Counted from the first letter of the stretch, positions 1 to 9,961 are shown. The stretch is DNA of 64,000 bases from an uncultured Gammaproteobacteria bacterium (GCA_964592785.1 CAZQHU010000002.1:12680-76679); one strand, 5' to 3'. Numbers and translations: made by a program. Notes: a model not told the origin generated them from the sequence alone.

Positions 1-245
1 AAAAACAAATATTGGTTGAACAGGTAAATTGGATTAGACAAAAATCAAAATTTCCATTAAAATGTTTAGTGAGATTGAGACATCGTCAGTCATTGCAACA
101 AGCAGTAGTTTTTCCTCTTAAAAAAGGGGGAGGAAAGAGAATTTTGGTGGTCAATTTTATTAAACCCCAGCGTGCCATCACTCCCGGTCAGTTTGCTGTT
201 TTTTATAAAAATAATGAATGCTTGGGTGGAGGAGTAATAAAATAA
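1..245 (+). CDS. mnmA: tRNA 2-thiouridylase MnmA, C-terminal fragment; the gene starts upstream of the window
   Basis: Open frame from the window edge; the C-terminal peptide ...RAITPGQFAVFY... is typical of the MnmA C-terminal beta-barrel domain. Confidence 0.55.
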   Translation, partial: KQILVEQVNWIRQKSKFPLKCLVRLRHRQSLQQAVVFPLKKGGGKRILVVNFIKPQRAITPGQFAVFYKNNECLGGGVIK

Positions 246-347
246 ATATGTCATGGATTTGGGAATTATTTATTTCAAGTATTGGTATTATTATTTTGGT
301 TATCATTTTGGTTTTTGTGGCTTTTAAAATTAGACAATAGTTTATAT

Positions 348-2165
348 ATGTTAACATCCAAAGAACTTCGTCAAAAATATTTAGATTTTTTTCAAAAACA
401 CGGGCACTCTATCATCCCGTCAGCTTCGCTTATTCCAGAAAATGATCCTACTGTACTTTTTACCACAGCTGGCATGCATCCGCTCGTGCCTTATTTATTG
501 GGTGAAAAGCACCCGGCTGGAAACAGGTTGACCAATGTTCAAAAATGCGTGAGAACTGGGGATATTGATGAAGTTGGGGATAGTAGTCATTTAACTTTTT
601 TTGAGATGCTTGGCAACTGGTCTTTGGGGGATTATTTCAAAATGGAATCTATTCAGTGGAGTTGGGAATTTTTGACTTCAGCTGATTATTTAAATTTAGA
701 TAAAAATAAATTAGCAGTGTCAGTTTTTGAAGGTGATGCAGATGCTCCTTTTGATGATATGGCTTATAACGCTTGGTTGAATGCTGGAATACCAGTTGAA
801 AGGATTGCCCAACTGCCAAAGAAAAATAATTGGTGGGGTCCAGCAGGTGTTACTGGTCCTTGCGGTCCGGATACTGAAATATTTTATTGGGTGGGAAAAA
901 CCAATCTTCCCCCGGCTGGTAGCAATCCCGGAACTGATGAAGATAATTGGTTGGAAATTTGGAATAATGTTTTCATGCAATATTTTAAAAAAGAAGATAA
1001 AACTTTTGAACCACTCCAACAAAAAAATGTTGACACTGGTATGGGAATGGAGCGAACTTTGGTGACTTTGAATGGTTTTACTGATGTATTTGAAGTAGAT
1101 ACTCTCAAACCAATTATTGAGAAGATTGAGAATATTTCTGGTAAGAGATATAAAGTTGAGGATTCTTCCCCGCAAGGCGGGGTTCAAAATGACATTGTCT
1201 CAATGCGCATTGTGGCAGATCATTTGCGTACCGCGACAATGATCATGGGTGATAGTCGAGGTGTAGCACCAAGCAATGTTGACCAAGGTTATATTGTGCG
1301 TCGTCTGATTCGTCGTGCCGTTCGTCATGGACGCTTGCTGGGTATCAGTGAAAATTTTTGTGCTGAGGTTTCTGAAGAAGTTATCAATATTTTTGCGGAG
1401 ATTTATCCGGAATTAAACAAAAATAAAATTTTTGTTCTTACTGAAATGGAAAAAGAGGAAACAAAATTTAGAAATACACTAGAACAGGGGATCAAAGCTT
1501 TTAATCAATATATATTAATAAACAGTGAGGCAGGAAAAACAATTTCAGGAAAAGAAGCTTTTGATCTTTTTCAATCATATGGGTTTCCTTTGGAGATGAC
1601 AATTGAGCTCGCAACTGAGAAAGGATTAAAAGTTGATGTAGAAAAATATCAGGAGGAAATGAAAAAACATCAAGAATTATCCAGAGCTGGCGCAGAACAA
1701 AAGTTTAAAGGAGGTTTGGCAGATACTTCGGAAATATCCACCAAATATCATACAGCTACTCATTTGCTCTTGGCGGCTTTGCGTCAGATTTTGGGTACAG
1801 ACATTGTGCAAAAGGGGAGTAATATTACTGCTGAAAGATTGAGGTTTGATTTCAATTGGCCAGAAAAATTAACTTCTGAACAACTTCAAGCCGTGGAAAA
1901 TTTAGTAAATCAAAAAATTGCTGAAAAAATTTCTGTTACTGTGACTGAGATGCCCAAAACAGAAGCTGAAGATATTGTCACTGTTCGTTCTTTTGATCTG
2001 GATAAGTATGGTGATGTGGTAAAAGTTTACAAGATTGATGGTTTTAGTATAGAATTTTGTGGCGGTCCTCATGTGGAAAATACTGGTGTCTTGGGTCACT
2101 TTAAGATTGTCAAAGAAGAAGCTTCTAGCGCTGGAGTTAGGAGAATTAAAGCTATTTTAGAATAA
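348..2165 (+). CDS. alaS: Alanyl-tRNA synthetase, short form (about 606 aa) lacking the C-terminal C-Ala domain
   Basis: N-terminus MLTSKELRQKYLDFFQKHGH...NDPTVLFTTAGM. Class II motif HLTFFEMLGNWSLGDYFK. Editing-domain motifs HTATHLL and CGGPHV. Start taken at the internal ATG at 348 that matches the conserved AlaRS N-terminus. Confidence 0.9.
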   Translation: MLTSKELRQKYLDFFQKHGHSIIPSASLIPENDPTVLFTTAGMHPLVPYLLGEKHPAGNRLTNVQKCVRTGDIDEVGDSSHLTFFEMLGNWSLGDYFKMESIQWSWEFLTSADYLNLDKNKLAVSVFEGDADAPFDDMAYNAWLNAGIPVERIAQLPKKNNWWGPAGVTGPCGPDTEIFYWVGKTNLPPAGSNPGTDEDNWLEIWNNVFMQYFKKEDKTFEPLQQKNVDTGMGMERTLVTLNGFTDVFEVDTLKPIIEKIENISGKRYKVEDSSPQGGVQNDIVSMRIVADHLRTATMIMGDSRGVAPSNVDQGYIVRRLIRRAVRHGRLLGISENFCAEVSEEVINIFAEIYPELNKNKIFVLTEMEKEETKFRNTLEQGIKAFNQYILINSEAGKTISGKEAFDLFQSYGFPLEMTIELATEKGLKVDVEKYQEEMKKHQELSRAGAEQKFKGGLADTSEISTKYHTATHLLLAALRQILGTDIVQKGSNITAERLRFDFNWPEKLTSEQLQAVENLVNQKIAEKISVTVTEMPKTEAEDIVTVRSFDLDKYGDVVKVYKIDGFSIEFCGGPHVENTGVLGHFKIVKEEASSAGVRRIKAILE

Positions 2166-2169
2166 TTTT

Positions 2170-2616
2170 GTGTTTGAAAAAATATTTTTTTTCTTAAAAA
2201 ATAATCAAAAACAATTATTTCGTTATTTTATTACCGGTTCTTCAGCCTTTGTTTTGGATTTTGCTACTCTGCTATTTTTAAAAGAAAGTTTATCTTTACA
2301 TCCTGCTTTGGCCGTGGCCCTAAATCAGATTTTGGTTTTAAATTATGTTTTTTTGATGAATAAACACTGGTCTTTTGGTTCCAAAGGCGAAGTAAAAACT
2401 CAGATGTTAAGATTTTTTATTTTAATGTCTTGGAATTATGTTTTTTCAGTATCTTGGATTTGGATTTGGGTTGAGTGGTTGGATTTTTCTTTTTATTTGC
2501 CTTGGTTTAGTCAAAATATAGGTTATTTGATTGGACGTTTGGTGAGTATTTTGATACAAGTTAGTTGGAATTTCTTGTTGTATAAACATTGGATATACAA
2601 AAATGCACTTAAATAA
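2170..2616 (+). CDS. GtrA-family membrane protein (polysaccharide synthesis associated)
   Basis: 148 aa with four predicted TM segments; N-terminal YFITGSSAFVLDFATLLFL pattern typical of the GtrA family. Confidence 0.55.
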   Translation: MFEKIFFFLKNNQKQLFRYFITGSSAFVLDFATLLFLKESLSLHPALAVALNQILVLNYVFLMNKHWSFGSKGEVKTQMLRFFILMSWNYVFSVSWIWIWVEWLDFSFYLPWFSQNIGYLIGRLVSILIQVSWNFLLYKHWIYKNALK

Positions 2617-2664
2617 GCAAAAAACTTATTCACACCTTGGACGGATTTTTTGCCCTTGACAGGG

Positions 2665-2670
2665 TATAAT
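2665..2670 (+). promoter_or_regulatory. Possible -10 element TATAAT upstream of infA; the nearby TTGACA is at non-canonical spacing
   Basis: Sequence ttgacagggtataat about 40 nt upstream of the infA ATG, with GAGGT as a possible SD. Confidence 0.3.
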
Positions 2671-2708
2671 AAATCCTGTAAAATAGCGCCGAGGTTAAAA
2701 AATATCTC

Positions 2709-2924
2709 ATGTCAAAAAAAGATGTAGTGGAAATGCGTGGGAGCATTGAAGAATTGCTTCCCGGCGCTATGTTCCGTGTAAAATTAGAGAACGACCATGA
2801 AATCATTGCCCATCTCTCTGGAAAAATGCGAATGAATCATATTCGTTTGGGAGTAGGCGATGAGGTCAAAGTTGAAATGACCCCTTATGATTTGACTAAG
2901 GGTCGGATCAATTATCGTTTTTAA
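2709..2924 (+). CDS. infA: Translation initiation factor IF-1
   Basis: 71 aa. [62 protein letters not shown] matches the S1-like IF-1 family. Confidence 0.95.
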   Translation: MSKKDVVEMRGSIEELLPGAMFRVKLENDHEIIAHLSGKMRMNHIRLGVGDEVKVEMTPYDLTKGRINYRF

Positions 2925-3042
2925 TAAAATTTAAGGAGTATCAACCAGTGCGGTGTAGCTCAAGTCCCTGCGAATAGGCTTTTGTGTCATTAGGGCGAGC
3001 GCCAAAATCGCGGCAGTGGTTGGTATTTTTTTAACTTATTTT

Positions 3043-3180
3043 ATGAAAGTTCAGGCCTCGGTAAAACCCAGATGTGCTAAATGCAAAACTGTGAGAAGAA
3101 GCGGCACAGTTTATGTTATTTGCGATAATCCGCGCCATAAACAGCGCCAGGGTTCTAAATTAAGAAAAAAATCCGCTTAA
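3043..3180 (+). CDS. rpmJ: 50S ribosomal protein L36 (absent from the ORF track because it is under 60 aa)
   Basis: Manual translation gives [45 protein letters not shown], with the C-x2-C...C-x5-H zinc ribbon of L36. It sits in the canonical infA-rpmJ-rpsM position. Confidence 0.9.
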   Translation: MKVQASVKPRCAKCKTVRRSGTVYVICDNPRHKQRQGSKLRKKSA

Positions 3181-3190
3181 TTTTAAATCT

Positions 3191-3577
3191 ATGCGTGTTG
3201 CCGGTGTAACAATTCCTAAAGAAAAAAAGGTAGAGGTCTCATTGACCTATGTTTTTGGTATTGGTAAAACTTCCGCTAAAAAAATTCTAGCGGCTGCTCA
3301 GATCGATGGAAATATTAGAGTCAAAGATTTGACTGAGAGCCAGGAAGATAAGATTCGTACAATTGTTGAAAAACAATACAAGACAGAAGGTGATTTACGT
3401 CGTGAAGTTCAAAGCAATATCAAGCGTTTAAAAGATATTAAATGTTATCGTGGTGCTCGTCACACCAAACATCTACCAGCTCGTGGTCAAAGAACCAAGA
3501 CTAACAGTCGAACAGTGCGGGGTAATAAGAGAAATATTGCTCCTTCTGGTAAAAAACCAGCTGCACAAAAGACCTAA
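3191..3577 (+). CDS. rpsM: 30S ribosomal protein S13
   Basis: [33 protein letters not shown] is the S13 N-terminus; the C-terminus is basic. Confidence 0.95.
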   Translation: MRVAGVTIPKEKKVEVSLTYVFGIGKTSAKKILAAAQIDGNIRVKDLTESQEDKIRTIVEKQYKTEGDLRREVQSNIKRLKDIKCYRGARHTKHLPARGQRTKTNSRTVRGNKRNIAPSGKKPAAQKT

Positions 3578-3598
3578 AGTTTGTTAATTTTATAATTT

Positions 3599-3991
3599 AT
3601 GGCGAAAACTGTTAAAAATACAAAAAAGAAAAAAGTAGCAAAACAAGTTTCTCATGGCCGTGCTTATATTCAAGCTACTTTCAACAATACCATTGTCAGT
3701 TTAACTGATCCGAATGGTGATGTGTTGGGTTGGGCTTCGGCTGGTATGGTTGGTTTTAAAGGGCCCAAAAAAGCTACTCCTTATGCTGCTTCGCAAGTGG
3801 TTAAGAGAATTGTTGATAATATTGCTGAAGTTGGCTTGAAAGAAGTCAATGTTTTTGTCAAAGGTATAGGCGGTGGTCGTGAAGGAGCTATTCGCGCCTT
3901 GAATAACAATGGTATTCAAGTTTTATCTATCAAGGATATTACACCAATTCCACACAATGGCTGTCGTCCTCCAAAACGTCGCCGCGTCTAA
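3599..3991 (+). CDS. rpsK: 30S ribosomal protein S11
   Basis: [37 protein letters not shown] is the S11 core. Confidence 0.95.
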   Translation: MAKTVKNTKKKKVAKQVSHGRAYIQATFNNTIVSLTDPNGDVLGWASAGMVGFKGPKKATPYAASQVVKRIVDNIAEVGLKEVNVFVKGIGGGREGAIRALNNNGIQVLSIKDITPIPHNGCRPPKRRRV

Positions 3992-4009
3992 TTTTAGTAA
4001 ATTTTTATT

Positions 4010-4633
4010 ATGGGAAGATCTATTGGACCAAAAAATAAAATCGCACGCCGCTTTGGCGTTAATTTGGGTTTGAAGAGCAATCCTACCAAAGTTGCTCGCC
4101 GTTTAAGTCAGCCACCAGGAGTACATGGCCCCAAAAAACGTCCTGGTGCTTCTTCCAGTTATGGTAAACAGCTTTTGGAAAAACAGAAAGCCAAATTATT
4201 GTATGGTTTGAGAGAGCGTCAGTTTGCCCGTTATGTAAAAATGGCTACTTCTCAAACTGGGGATTCGGGAGTAACTTTACAACGTATTTTGGAATCACGT
4301 TTGGATAATATAGTCTATCGTTTAGGCTTTGCTCTTACTAGAGCACAGGCTCGTCAGTTTGTCAGTCACGGTATGTTCAAAGTTAATGGTAGAAAAAATA
4401 ATATTCCTTCCCACTTATTAAAAGTTGGAGATGAAATTAGTTTGGCTGAAAATAAAACTAAAAAACAAATTTTTGTAGGTATTGAAGATAGGCTTTCAAA
4501 AATAGAACTTCCAGCTTGGTTGAAGATTGATCCAACCAAAAAATCTGGTAAAGTTTTAAATTTGCCTGAAGAAAGGGATTTCGAAAGAATTTTTGATGTA
4601 AAATTAATTATTGAGTATTATTCAACTCGTTAA
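4010..4633 (+). CDS. rpsD: 30S ribosomal protein S4
   Basis: MGRSIGPKNKIARRFGVNL N-terminus and an S4 RNA-binding domain (LESRLDNIVYRLGFA). Confidence 0.95.
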   Translation: MGRSIGPKNKIARRFGVNLGLKSNPTKVARRLSQPPGVHGPKKRPGASSSYGKQLLEKQKAKLLYGLRERQFARYVKMATSQTGDSGVTLQRILESRLDNIVYRLGFALTRAQARQFVSHGMFKVNGRKNNIPSHLLKVGDEISLAENKTKKQIFVGIEDRLSKIELPAWLKIDPTKKSGKVLNLPEERDFERIFDVKLIIEYYSTR

Positions 4634-4685
4634 TCTGTCCTTGGAGTCGGTTCCAAGAGACTTTTAATCTTTAGCATTATTTTTT

Positions 4686-5498
4686 ATGGAGGATATACTT
4701 TTGCCAACTACAATAGAATTTAACGAAGGAGAAACCAAAAATGTTGGGAAAGTTGTGATTACCCCTTGCCAGCAAGGTTATGGTACTACTCTGGGTAATG
4801 CTCTTCGTCGTGTACTTTTGTCTTCTTTGCCGGGTGCGGCAGTTGAGGCAGTGAAGATTTCTGGTGTTTCTCATGAATTTTCCACTGTTGAAGGCGTAAG
4901 AGAAGATATGATTCAAATTATTTTGAATCTTAAACAATTGGCTGTGCGTTGTTTTTCTGACCAGCCAGTCACTCTTTCTTTGCATAAAAAAGGTAAAGGT
5001 GATGTAACAGCCGCTGATTTTGAAAAAAATGCTGATGTGGAAATTGTGAATTCTGATTTGAAATTATTTACTATCACTTCGGACGCTACCAAGATTGACA
5101 TGGAAATTATTATTGGTAGAGGGCGAGGTTTCAAACCGGTAGAAGAAAAAAATTCCAAAGCTTTGGATTTGGGTACTATTTTGATTGATTCTCTTTATAC
5201 TCCTATTCGGGATATTGGTTATAATGTAGAATTGACTCGCGTGGGTGATGTTACTGACTATGAAAAATTGAATTTGCACATTGAAACCAATGGCACAATT
5301 ACTCCCAAAGAAGCAGTTCAACAGGCTACTAAAATATTACTGGAACATTTTTCTTTGATTTTGGAAGCTGCGGATGAACAAGGTCTCAAAAAAAGTAGTT
5401 CAGCATTAACAGAAGAAGAAACAGTTGAAACAACAGAAACAGAAATTTCCGAAGAACCTAAGAAAAAAACTGCTCGTAAAAAAGCTAAAAAAGAATAA
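4686..5498 (+). CDS. rpoA: DNA-directed RNA polymerase alpha subunit, N-terminal domain only; the alpha-CTD appears to be missing
   Basis: LLPTTIEFNEGETKNVGKVVITPCQQGYGTTLGNALRRVLLSSLPGAAV is the alpha NTD. The protein is 270 aa and ends in a K/E-rich tail; no helix-hairpin-helix CTD is present. Confidence 0.9.
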   Translation: MEDILLPTTIEFNEGETKNVGKVVITPCQQGYGTTLGNALRRVLLSSLPGAAVEAVKISGVSHEFSTVEGVREDMIQIILNLKQLAVRCFSDQPVTLSLHKKGKGDVTAADFEKNADVEIVNSDLKLFTITSDATKIDMEIIIGRGRGFKPVEEKNSKALDLGTILIDSLYTPIRDIGYNVELTRVGDVTDYEKLNLHIETNGTITPKEAVQQATKILLEHFSLILEAADEQGLKKSSSALTEEETVETTETEISEEPKKKTARKKAKKE

Positions 5499-5500
5499 CT

Positions 5501-5851
5501 ATGCGTCATCAAAAGAAAAAATTTACCCTTGGCAGGACTACCAAACCACGACGCGCGCTTATGCGTTCACAGGTGGAGAGTTTGGTTTTGCATGGGGGAA
5601 TCAAAACTACTCTGGCAAAAGCCAAGGCTTTGCGTACCATTGTAGAACCCTTGGTTACTAGAGCCAAGAAAGATACAGTTGCCAATCGTCGTTTAGCCAT
5701 GAAAACACTTTATACACAAAAAGCATTGCGTAAACTTTTTACTGAGATTGGTCCGCGTTATCAGACCAGACAGGGTGGCTATACTAGAATCATCAAATTA
5801 GCTGTTCGTCCTCATGATGCTGCTCCTACTGCCAAAATTGAATTTGTCTAA
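5501..5851 (+). CDS. rplQ: 50S ribosomal protein L17
   Basis: MRHQKKKFTLGRTTKPRRALMRSQVESLVLHGGIKTTLAKAKALR. Confidence 0.95.
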   Translation: MRHQKKKFTLGRTTKPRRALMRSQVESLVLHGGIKTTLAKAKALRTIVEPLVTRAKKDTVANRRLAMKTLYTQKALRKLFTEIGPRYQTRQGGYTRIIKLAVRPHDAAPTAKIEFV

Positions 5852-5861
5852 AATTAAATTT

Positions 5862-6218
5862 ATGAATACCAAAAGAGAAAAAATTGAAATTGATGCGGCA
5901 GGAAAAGCTCCTGGCAGAGTAGCTACTCAGGTGGCTATGGCTTTGCGTGGCAAAAATAAACCAGGTTTTGCTCCCCATATTGATAATGGTGCCAAGGTGA
6001 CAGTTATCAATGCTAGTCAGGTAAAGTTTACCGGTCGTAAATTGGCTCAAAAAGATTATTATCATCATAGTATGCACCCGGGTGGTATCAAACGCACTCC
6101 GATGCAGAAAGTTTTTTTAGCAAAGCCAGAAACCATAATCCGTAAGGCTGTTAATGGCATGCTTCCCAAAAATAAATTAAGAAAAGAAATGATGAAAAGA
6201 TTGGTAATTAAAGCTTAA
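5862..6218 (+). CDS. rplM: 50S ribosomal protein L13
   Basis: MNTKREKIEIDAAGKAPGRVATQVAMALRGKNKPGFAPHIDNGAKVTVINAS; start taken at the internal ATG at 5862. Confidence 0.93.
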   Translation: MNTKREKIEIDAAGKAPGRVATQVAMALRGKNKPGFAPHIDNGAKVTVINASQVKFTGRKLAQKDYYHHSMHPGGIKRTPMQKVFLAKPETIIRKAVNGMLPKNKLRKEMMKRLVIKA

Positions 6219-6223
6219 ATTTT

Positions 6224-6634
6224 ATGGCAAATTTGAAAAAAGAAAATTCAACTACTCGAGCGGTTGGACGTCGTAAAACTTCTTCTGCCAGAGTACAATT
6301 GGAACTCAAGAAAGATGGAGAAATTGTTGTCAATGGAAAATCTTTGGCAGTGTATTTTCCTTTGGATCTTTATCAACAAAAAATTAAAGCTCCTTTGGTA
6401 AAAGTTGGTAAAGAAAAAGACTTCGCCATTTCTGTAAAAGTCGTCGGTGGTGGTGTCAATTCTCAAGCTGAAGCTGTACGCCATGGTATTGCGAGAGCCT
6501 TGGTAGAATGGAATGAAGATTTTAAAAGTGTTTTGAAATCAGAAGGTTTTTTGACTCGTGATTCACGAGCCAAAGAAAGAAAGAAATTTGGACGTCATGG
6601 AGCAAGAAGGGGACATCAATGGAGAAAACGTTAA
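6224..6634 (+). CDS. rpsI: 30S ribosomal protein S9
   Basis: GRRKTSSARVQL...GGGVNSQAEAVRHGIARAL...KFGRHGARR is the S9 signature. Confidence 0.95.
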   Translation: MANLKKENSTTRAVGRRKTSSARVQLELKKDGEIVVNGKSLAVYFPLDLYQQKIKAPLVKVGKEKDFAISVKVVGGGVNSQAEAVRHGIARALVEWNEDFKSVLKSEGFLTRDSRAKERKKFGRHGARRGHQWRKR

Positions 6635-6646
6635 TTTTTTCGAATC

Positions 6647-6680
6647 AAAAAAGAGACCAATATGGTCTCTTTTCTTTTAT
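6647..6680 (+). terminator. Rho-independent terminator after rpsI
   Basis: Perfect hairpin aaaagagaccaatatggtctctttt followed by a T-run. Confidence 0.8.
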
Positions 6681-6725
6681 TATTGAAAAATAATGATAAT
6701 TGAGGTAAAATATGACAGTAAACTT

Positions 6726-8156
6726 ATGTCAAATTCTGTAGCCAAAAACACAGCTTTTATCACCAGTGCTTACGTTGGACAAAAGATTATTTCTTTTGTT
6801 TATTTTACTTTGATCGCTCGCCATTTGGGAGCAGAAAATACTGGTAAATATTTTTTTGCTATGTCTTTCACCACTATTTTTGTGGTTTTTGTAGATTTGG
6901 GTTTGACCAATGTTTTGGTGAGAGAAGCCGCGAGAATAAAAGAAAATGTTCAAAAATATTTTTCCAGTATTTTGTTTGTCAAAATAATTCTGGGTATTTT
7001 TAGTTATTTGGCGGCTTTTGCTACGATAAATTTATTGGGATATGATGTGGAAATCAAAAATTTGGTTTATCTCTCAGCGGTCACCATGCTTTTTGATTCT
7101 CTGCATTTATCAATTTACGGGGTTTTGCGAGCTTTGGGTAATTTGAAATATGAGGCTTTGGGGATTGTCGGTTCACAAACAATTACTTTGTTTTTGGGCA
7201 CTTTCTTTTTGTATACCAATAAGCCATTGATTTACTTAATAGTAGCTTTTGTTGTGCCAAGTTTTTTGAACGTTTGTTATGCTGGTATAACTTTGTACAA
7301 AAAATATCAAATTAAATTTCGACCACATTTTGATAAAGAAATATTTAAATACTTAGGGAAAATCGCCATCCCTTTTGCTTTGGCGGCTATTTTTGCCAGA
7401 GTTTATTCTTACATAGATTCAATTATTCTTTCCAAAATGGTGGGTGATACGGCTGTCGGTTGGTATAGTATCCCATATAAAATTACCTATGCTTTTCAGT
7501 TTATACCTCTGGCTTTGACAGCCGCGCTCTATCCTCGTTTCAGTGAATTTTTTATTTTTGATAAACAAAAATTGGCTTATTATTTTGAAAGGGGGATGAA
7601 ATATTTAATGATTATAGTTTTTCCCATTGCTATCGGCATAGGGGTATTAAGTAAAGAAATTATTTTGTCTATTTACTCCAGTGAATTTTTGCCTTCTATT
7701 TTACCTTTAAAAATTTTGATGATAAGTTTAGTTTTTTCTTTTCTGAGTTTTCCAATTGGTTCACTACTCAATGCTTGCAACCGACAAACTGCCCAGACAA
7801 TTTTGGTATTGGTGGTTTTGATTTTTAATATAACTCTCAATTTAATTTTAATTCCCCAATATGGAGTAGTAGGAGCAGCTTTGGCCGCTTTGGCTGGTAA
7901 TATTGTTTTGACTGGGGTTGGTTTTGTGTTGGTGCAAAAAGTTAGTAAAATTCCCAATAAATTGTTGTTTAAAGATTTTATTTATTTATTATTTTGTGCC
8001 ACAATAATGGGGATAGTCGTTCGTTTGTCGGCGGATCGTTGGCACTACCTATGGGCAATTATTTTGGGGATGATTACTTATCCAGCTTTGCTTTTTTTGA
8101 CTCGGATGATAACTAGAAAACAAATTTTAGAGGCTATTTATTTAGTAAAAAGATAA
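6726..8156 (+). CDS. Polysaccharide/oligosaccharide flippase (MOP/Wzx-like, polytopic membrane)
   Basis: About 476 aa with at least 12 TM helices and the typical Wzx/MATE-like topology; start taken at the internal ATG at 6726. It lies next to glycosyltransferase genes. Confidence 0.7.
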   Translation: MSNSVAKNTAFITSAYVGQKIISFVYFTLIARHLGAENTGKYFFAMSFTTIFVVFVDLGLTNVLVREAARIKENVQKYFSSILFVKIILGIFSYLAAFATINLLGYDVEIKNLVYLSAVTMLFDSLHLSIYGVLRALGNLKYEALGIVGSQTITLFLGTFFLYTNKPLIYLIVAFVVPSFLNVCYAGITLYKKYQIKFRPHFDKEIFKYLGKIAIPFALAAIFARVYSYIDSIILSKMVGDTAVGWYSIPYKITYAFQFIPLALTAALYPRFSEFFIFDKQKLAYYFERGMKYLMIIVFPIAIGIGVLSKEIILSIYSSEFLPSILPLKILMISLVFSFLSFPIGSLLNACNRQTAQTILVLVVLIFNITLNLILIPQYGVVGAALAALAGNIVLTGVGFVLVQKVSKIPNKLLFKDFIYLLFCATIMGIVVRLSADRWHYLWAIILGMITYPALLFLTRMITRKQILEAIYLVKR

Positions 8157-8157
8157 T

Positions 8158-9297
8158 ATGAAAAAGGTTTTGATTATCACTTTGGAATATCCACCCCAGG
8201 TCGGAGGAATTGCGACTTATTTGAAAGAATTTGCCAATCATTTGGAACCACAACAAACAATAGTGTTGGCACCAAAAAATAAAAATGCCCAGGAGTTTGA
8301 TAATTTACAAACTTATAAAACTATTAGAAAAAAGTTTTATTTTCCTCTACCAATTTGGCCACGTTGGTTGCGTCTGGTTTGGCAAACTTTTTGGATTTGT
8401 CGAAAAGAAAAAGTTAAATTGGTTTTGATTCACCATGTGTTACCGGTCGGTTATGTGGGAATAATCATTAAAAAGTTGTTAAAAATACCTTTTCTAGTTT
8501 TTTCTCACGGCACTGACATACAATTGGCTTCAACCAATCCTTGGAAAAAAAGAATGTTTATAAAAGTGGCTAAGCAGGCGGAGCAATTATTTTTTAATAG
8601 TGAATCACTCAAACGTCGGACCGGAGAAATCTTTCCTGATTTTGAGTCAAAATTTTCTGTGCTTTATCCTTGTCCCAATCAAGATTTTTTCTCACCCCCC
8701 AAAACGGAAATTATTGAGGATTTGAAAGCTCGTTATGCTTTGGAAGGCAAGAAAGTTATGCTGACTGTCGGAAGAATGGAAGATGGCAAAGGCTATCCAC
8801 ATCTTTTACGAATTTTTTCACAAATTATTAAAGATATTCCCAATCTTATTTGGCTGGTGATTGGTGATGGCAGCAAAAGGCAGCGGTTTTTGGAGGAAGC
8901 GGAAAAAAAATCTTTGCAAAGTTCTATTCGTTATTTAGGTGAGATATCCTATTTAGAATTAAAAAATTATTATTATTTGGCAGATTTATTTGTTTTACTT
9001 ACTCATCCTGATGAAGGAAAAGAGGAAGGTTTGGGTTTGGTGTTTTTGGAAGCTGCCGCCGCGGGGCTACCGGTGGTAGCTGGTAAAAGTGGTGGTGTAG
9101 AAGAAGCAGTTTTGCACGAGGTCACTGGTAAGGTTTTCAATGTTTACCAGGAGGATAAAATTATTGTTGAAAATGTAGTTGCACTTTTGAAAAATAAAGA
9201 ATTATCCCAAAAATTTGGACAAGCAGGTAAACTTAGGATGAGAAATGATTTTCAATGGTCTTTGGAGATTAAAAAATTAGATAAATGGATAATTTAG
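8158..9297 (+). CDS. Glycosyltransferase family 4 (GT-B, retaining)
   Basis: C-terminal EGLGLVFLEAAAAGLPVVAGKSGGVEEAV is the EX7E motif region of GT4/GT1. Confidence 0.85.
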   Translation: MKKVLIITLEYPPQVGGIATYLKEFANHLEPQQTIVLAPKNKNAQEFDNLQTYKTIRKKFYFPLPIWPRWLRLVWQTFWICRKEKVKLVLIHHVLPVGYVGIIIKKLLKIPFLVFSHGTDIQLASTNPWKKRMFIKVAKQAEQLFFNSESLKRRTGEIFPDFESKFSVLYPCPNQDFFSPPKTEIIEDLKARYALEGKKVMLTVGRMEDGKGYPHLLRIFSQIIKDIPNLIWLVIGDGSKRQRFLEEAEKKSLQSSIRYLGEISYLELKNYYYLADLFVLLTHPDEGKEEGLGLVFLEAAAAGLPVVAGKSGGVEEAVLHEVTGKVFNVYQEDKIIVENVVALLKNKELSQKFGQAGKLRMRNDFQWSLEIKKLDKWII

Positions 9298-9301
9298 ATT
9301 T

Positions 9302-9961
9302 ATGTCTTCGCTTATCAGTGTAGTAATACCGGTCTATAAACAAGAAAAAGAGCTTGAACAAGCTTTGTTGTCCATAAAAAATCAGACTTACAAGAATATT
9401 GAAATTATTATAGAAAAAGATGAATTACATGAAGGCGCATCAGTAATGAGAAATAGGGGATTTGCTAAGGCCAAAGGAGATTATCTAATATTTTGGGATG
9501 CGGATGTAGTGGCTGTGCCAAAGATGTTGGAAGTGATGAAGAGTAAGTTGGATGAAAATCCGGGGGCTTCTTTTTCTTATTGTGATTACAATTTACAATT
9601 ATCAATTTTCAATTTCCAAAAAATTTTCAAATCTCAAATTTTCAATATTCAAACTTTAAAACAAAATAATTATATTCATTCCACTTCTCTCATTCGTCGA
9701 GTGGACGCTATAAAATGGGATGAAAAGTTAAGACGTTTCCAAGATTGGGATCTGTGGCTTACCATGGCTGAACAAGGAAAAGTTGGTGATTATATACCAG
9801 AAGTATTATTTACTATTATAGCCAAAGGTAGCATGAGCAGTTGGTTGCCAAGCTTTGCTTATAAAAAACCCTGGAAATGGCTTCCAGGATTTATAAATAA
9901 AGTGAGAGCTTATGAAGAGGCCAAAAAAGTTGTTATTTCTAAGCATTTTTTAGGCGATTAA
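9302..9961 (+). CDS. Glycosyltransferase family 2
   Basis: VVIPVYKQEKELEQALLSIKNQTYKNIEIII...FWDADV is the GT-A fold with a DxD motif. It contains an internal AT-rich low-complexity repeat at about 9594-9665. Confidence 0.8.
   Translation: MSSLISVVIPVYKQEKELEQALLSIKNQTYKNIEIIIEKDELHEGASVMRNRGFAKAKGDYLIFWDADVVAVPKMLEVMKSKLDENPGASFSYCDYNLQLSIFNFQKIFKSQIFNIQTLKQNNYIHSTSLIRRVDAIKWDEKLRRFQDWDLWLTMAEQGKVGDYIPEVLFTIIAKGSMSSWLPSFAYKKPWKWLPGFINKVRAYEEAKKVVISKHFLGD

Noticed and set aside
720-1187. Antisense ORFs of 60-155 aa inside alaS, clpB, the helicase, atpD and other long genes
   Set aside because: They overlap strongly supported conserved genes on the opposite strand, have no SD, and give low-complexity or hydrophobic translations typical of AT-rich antisense frames.
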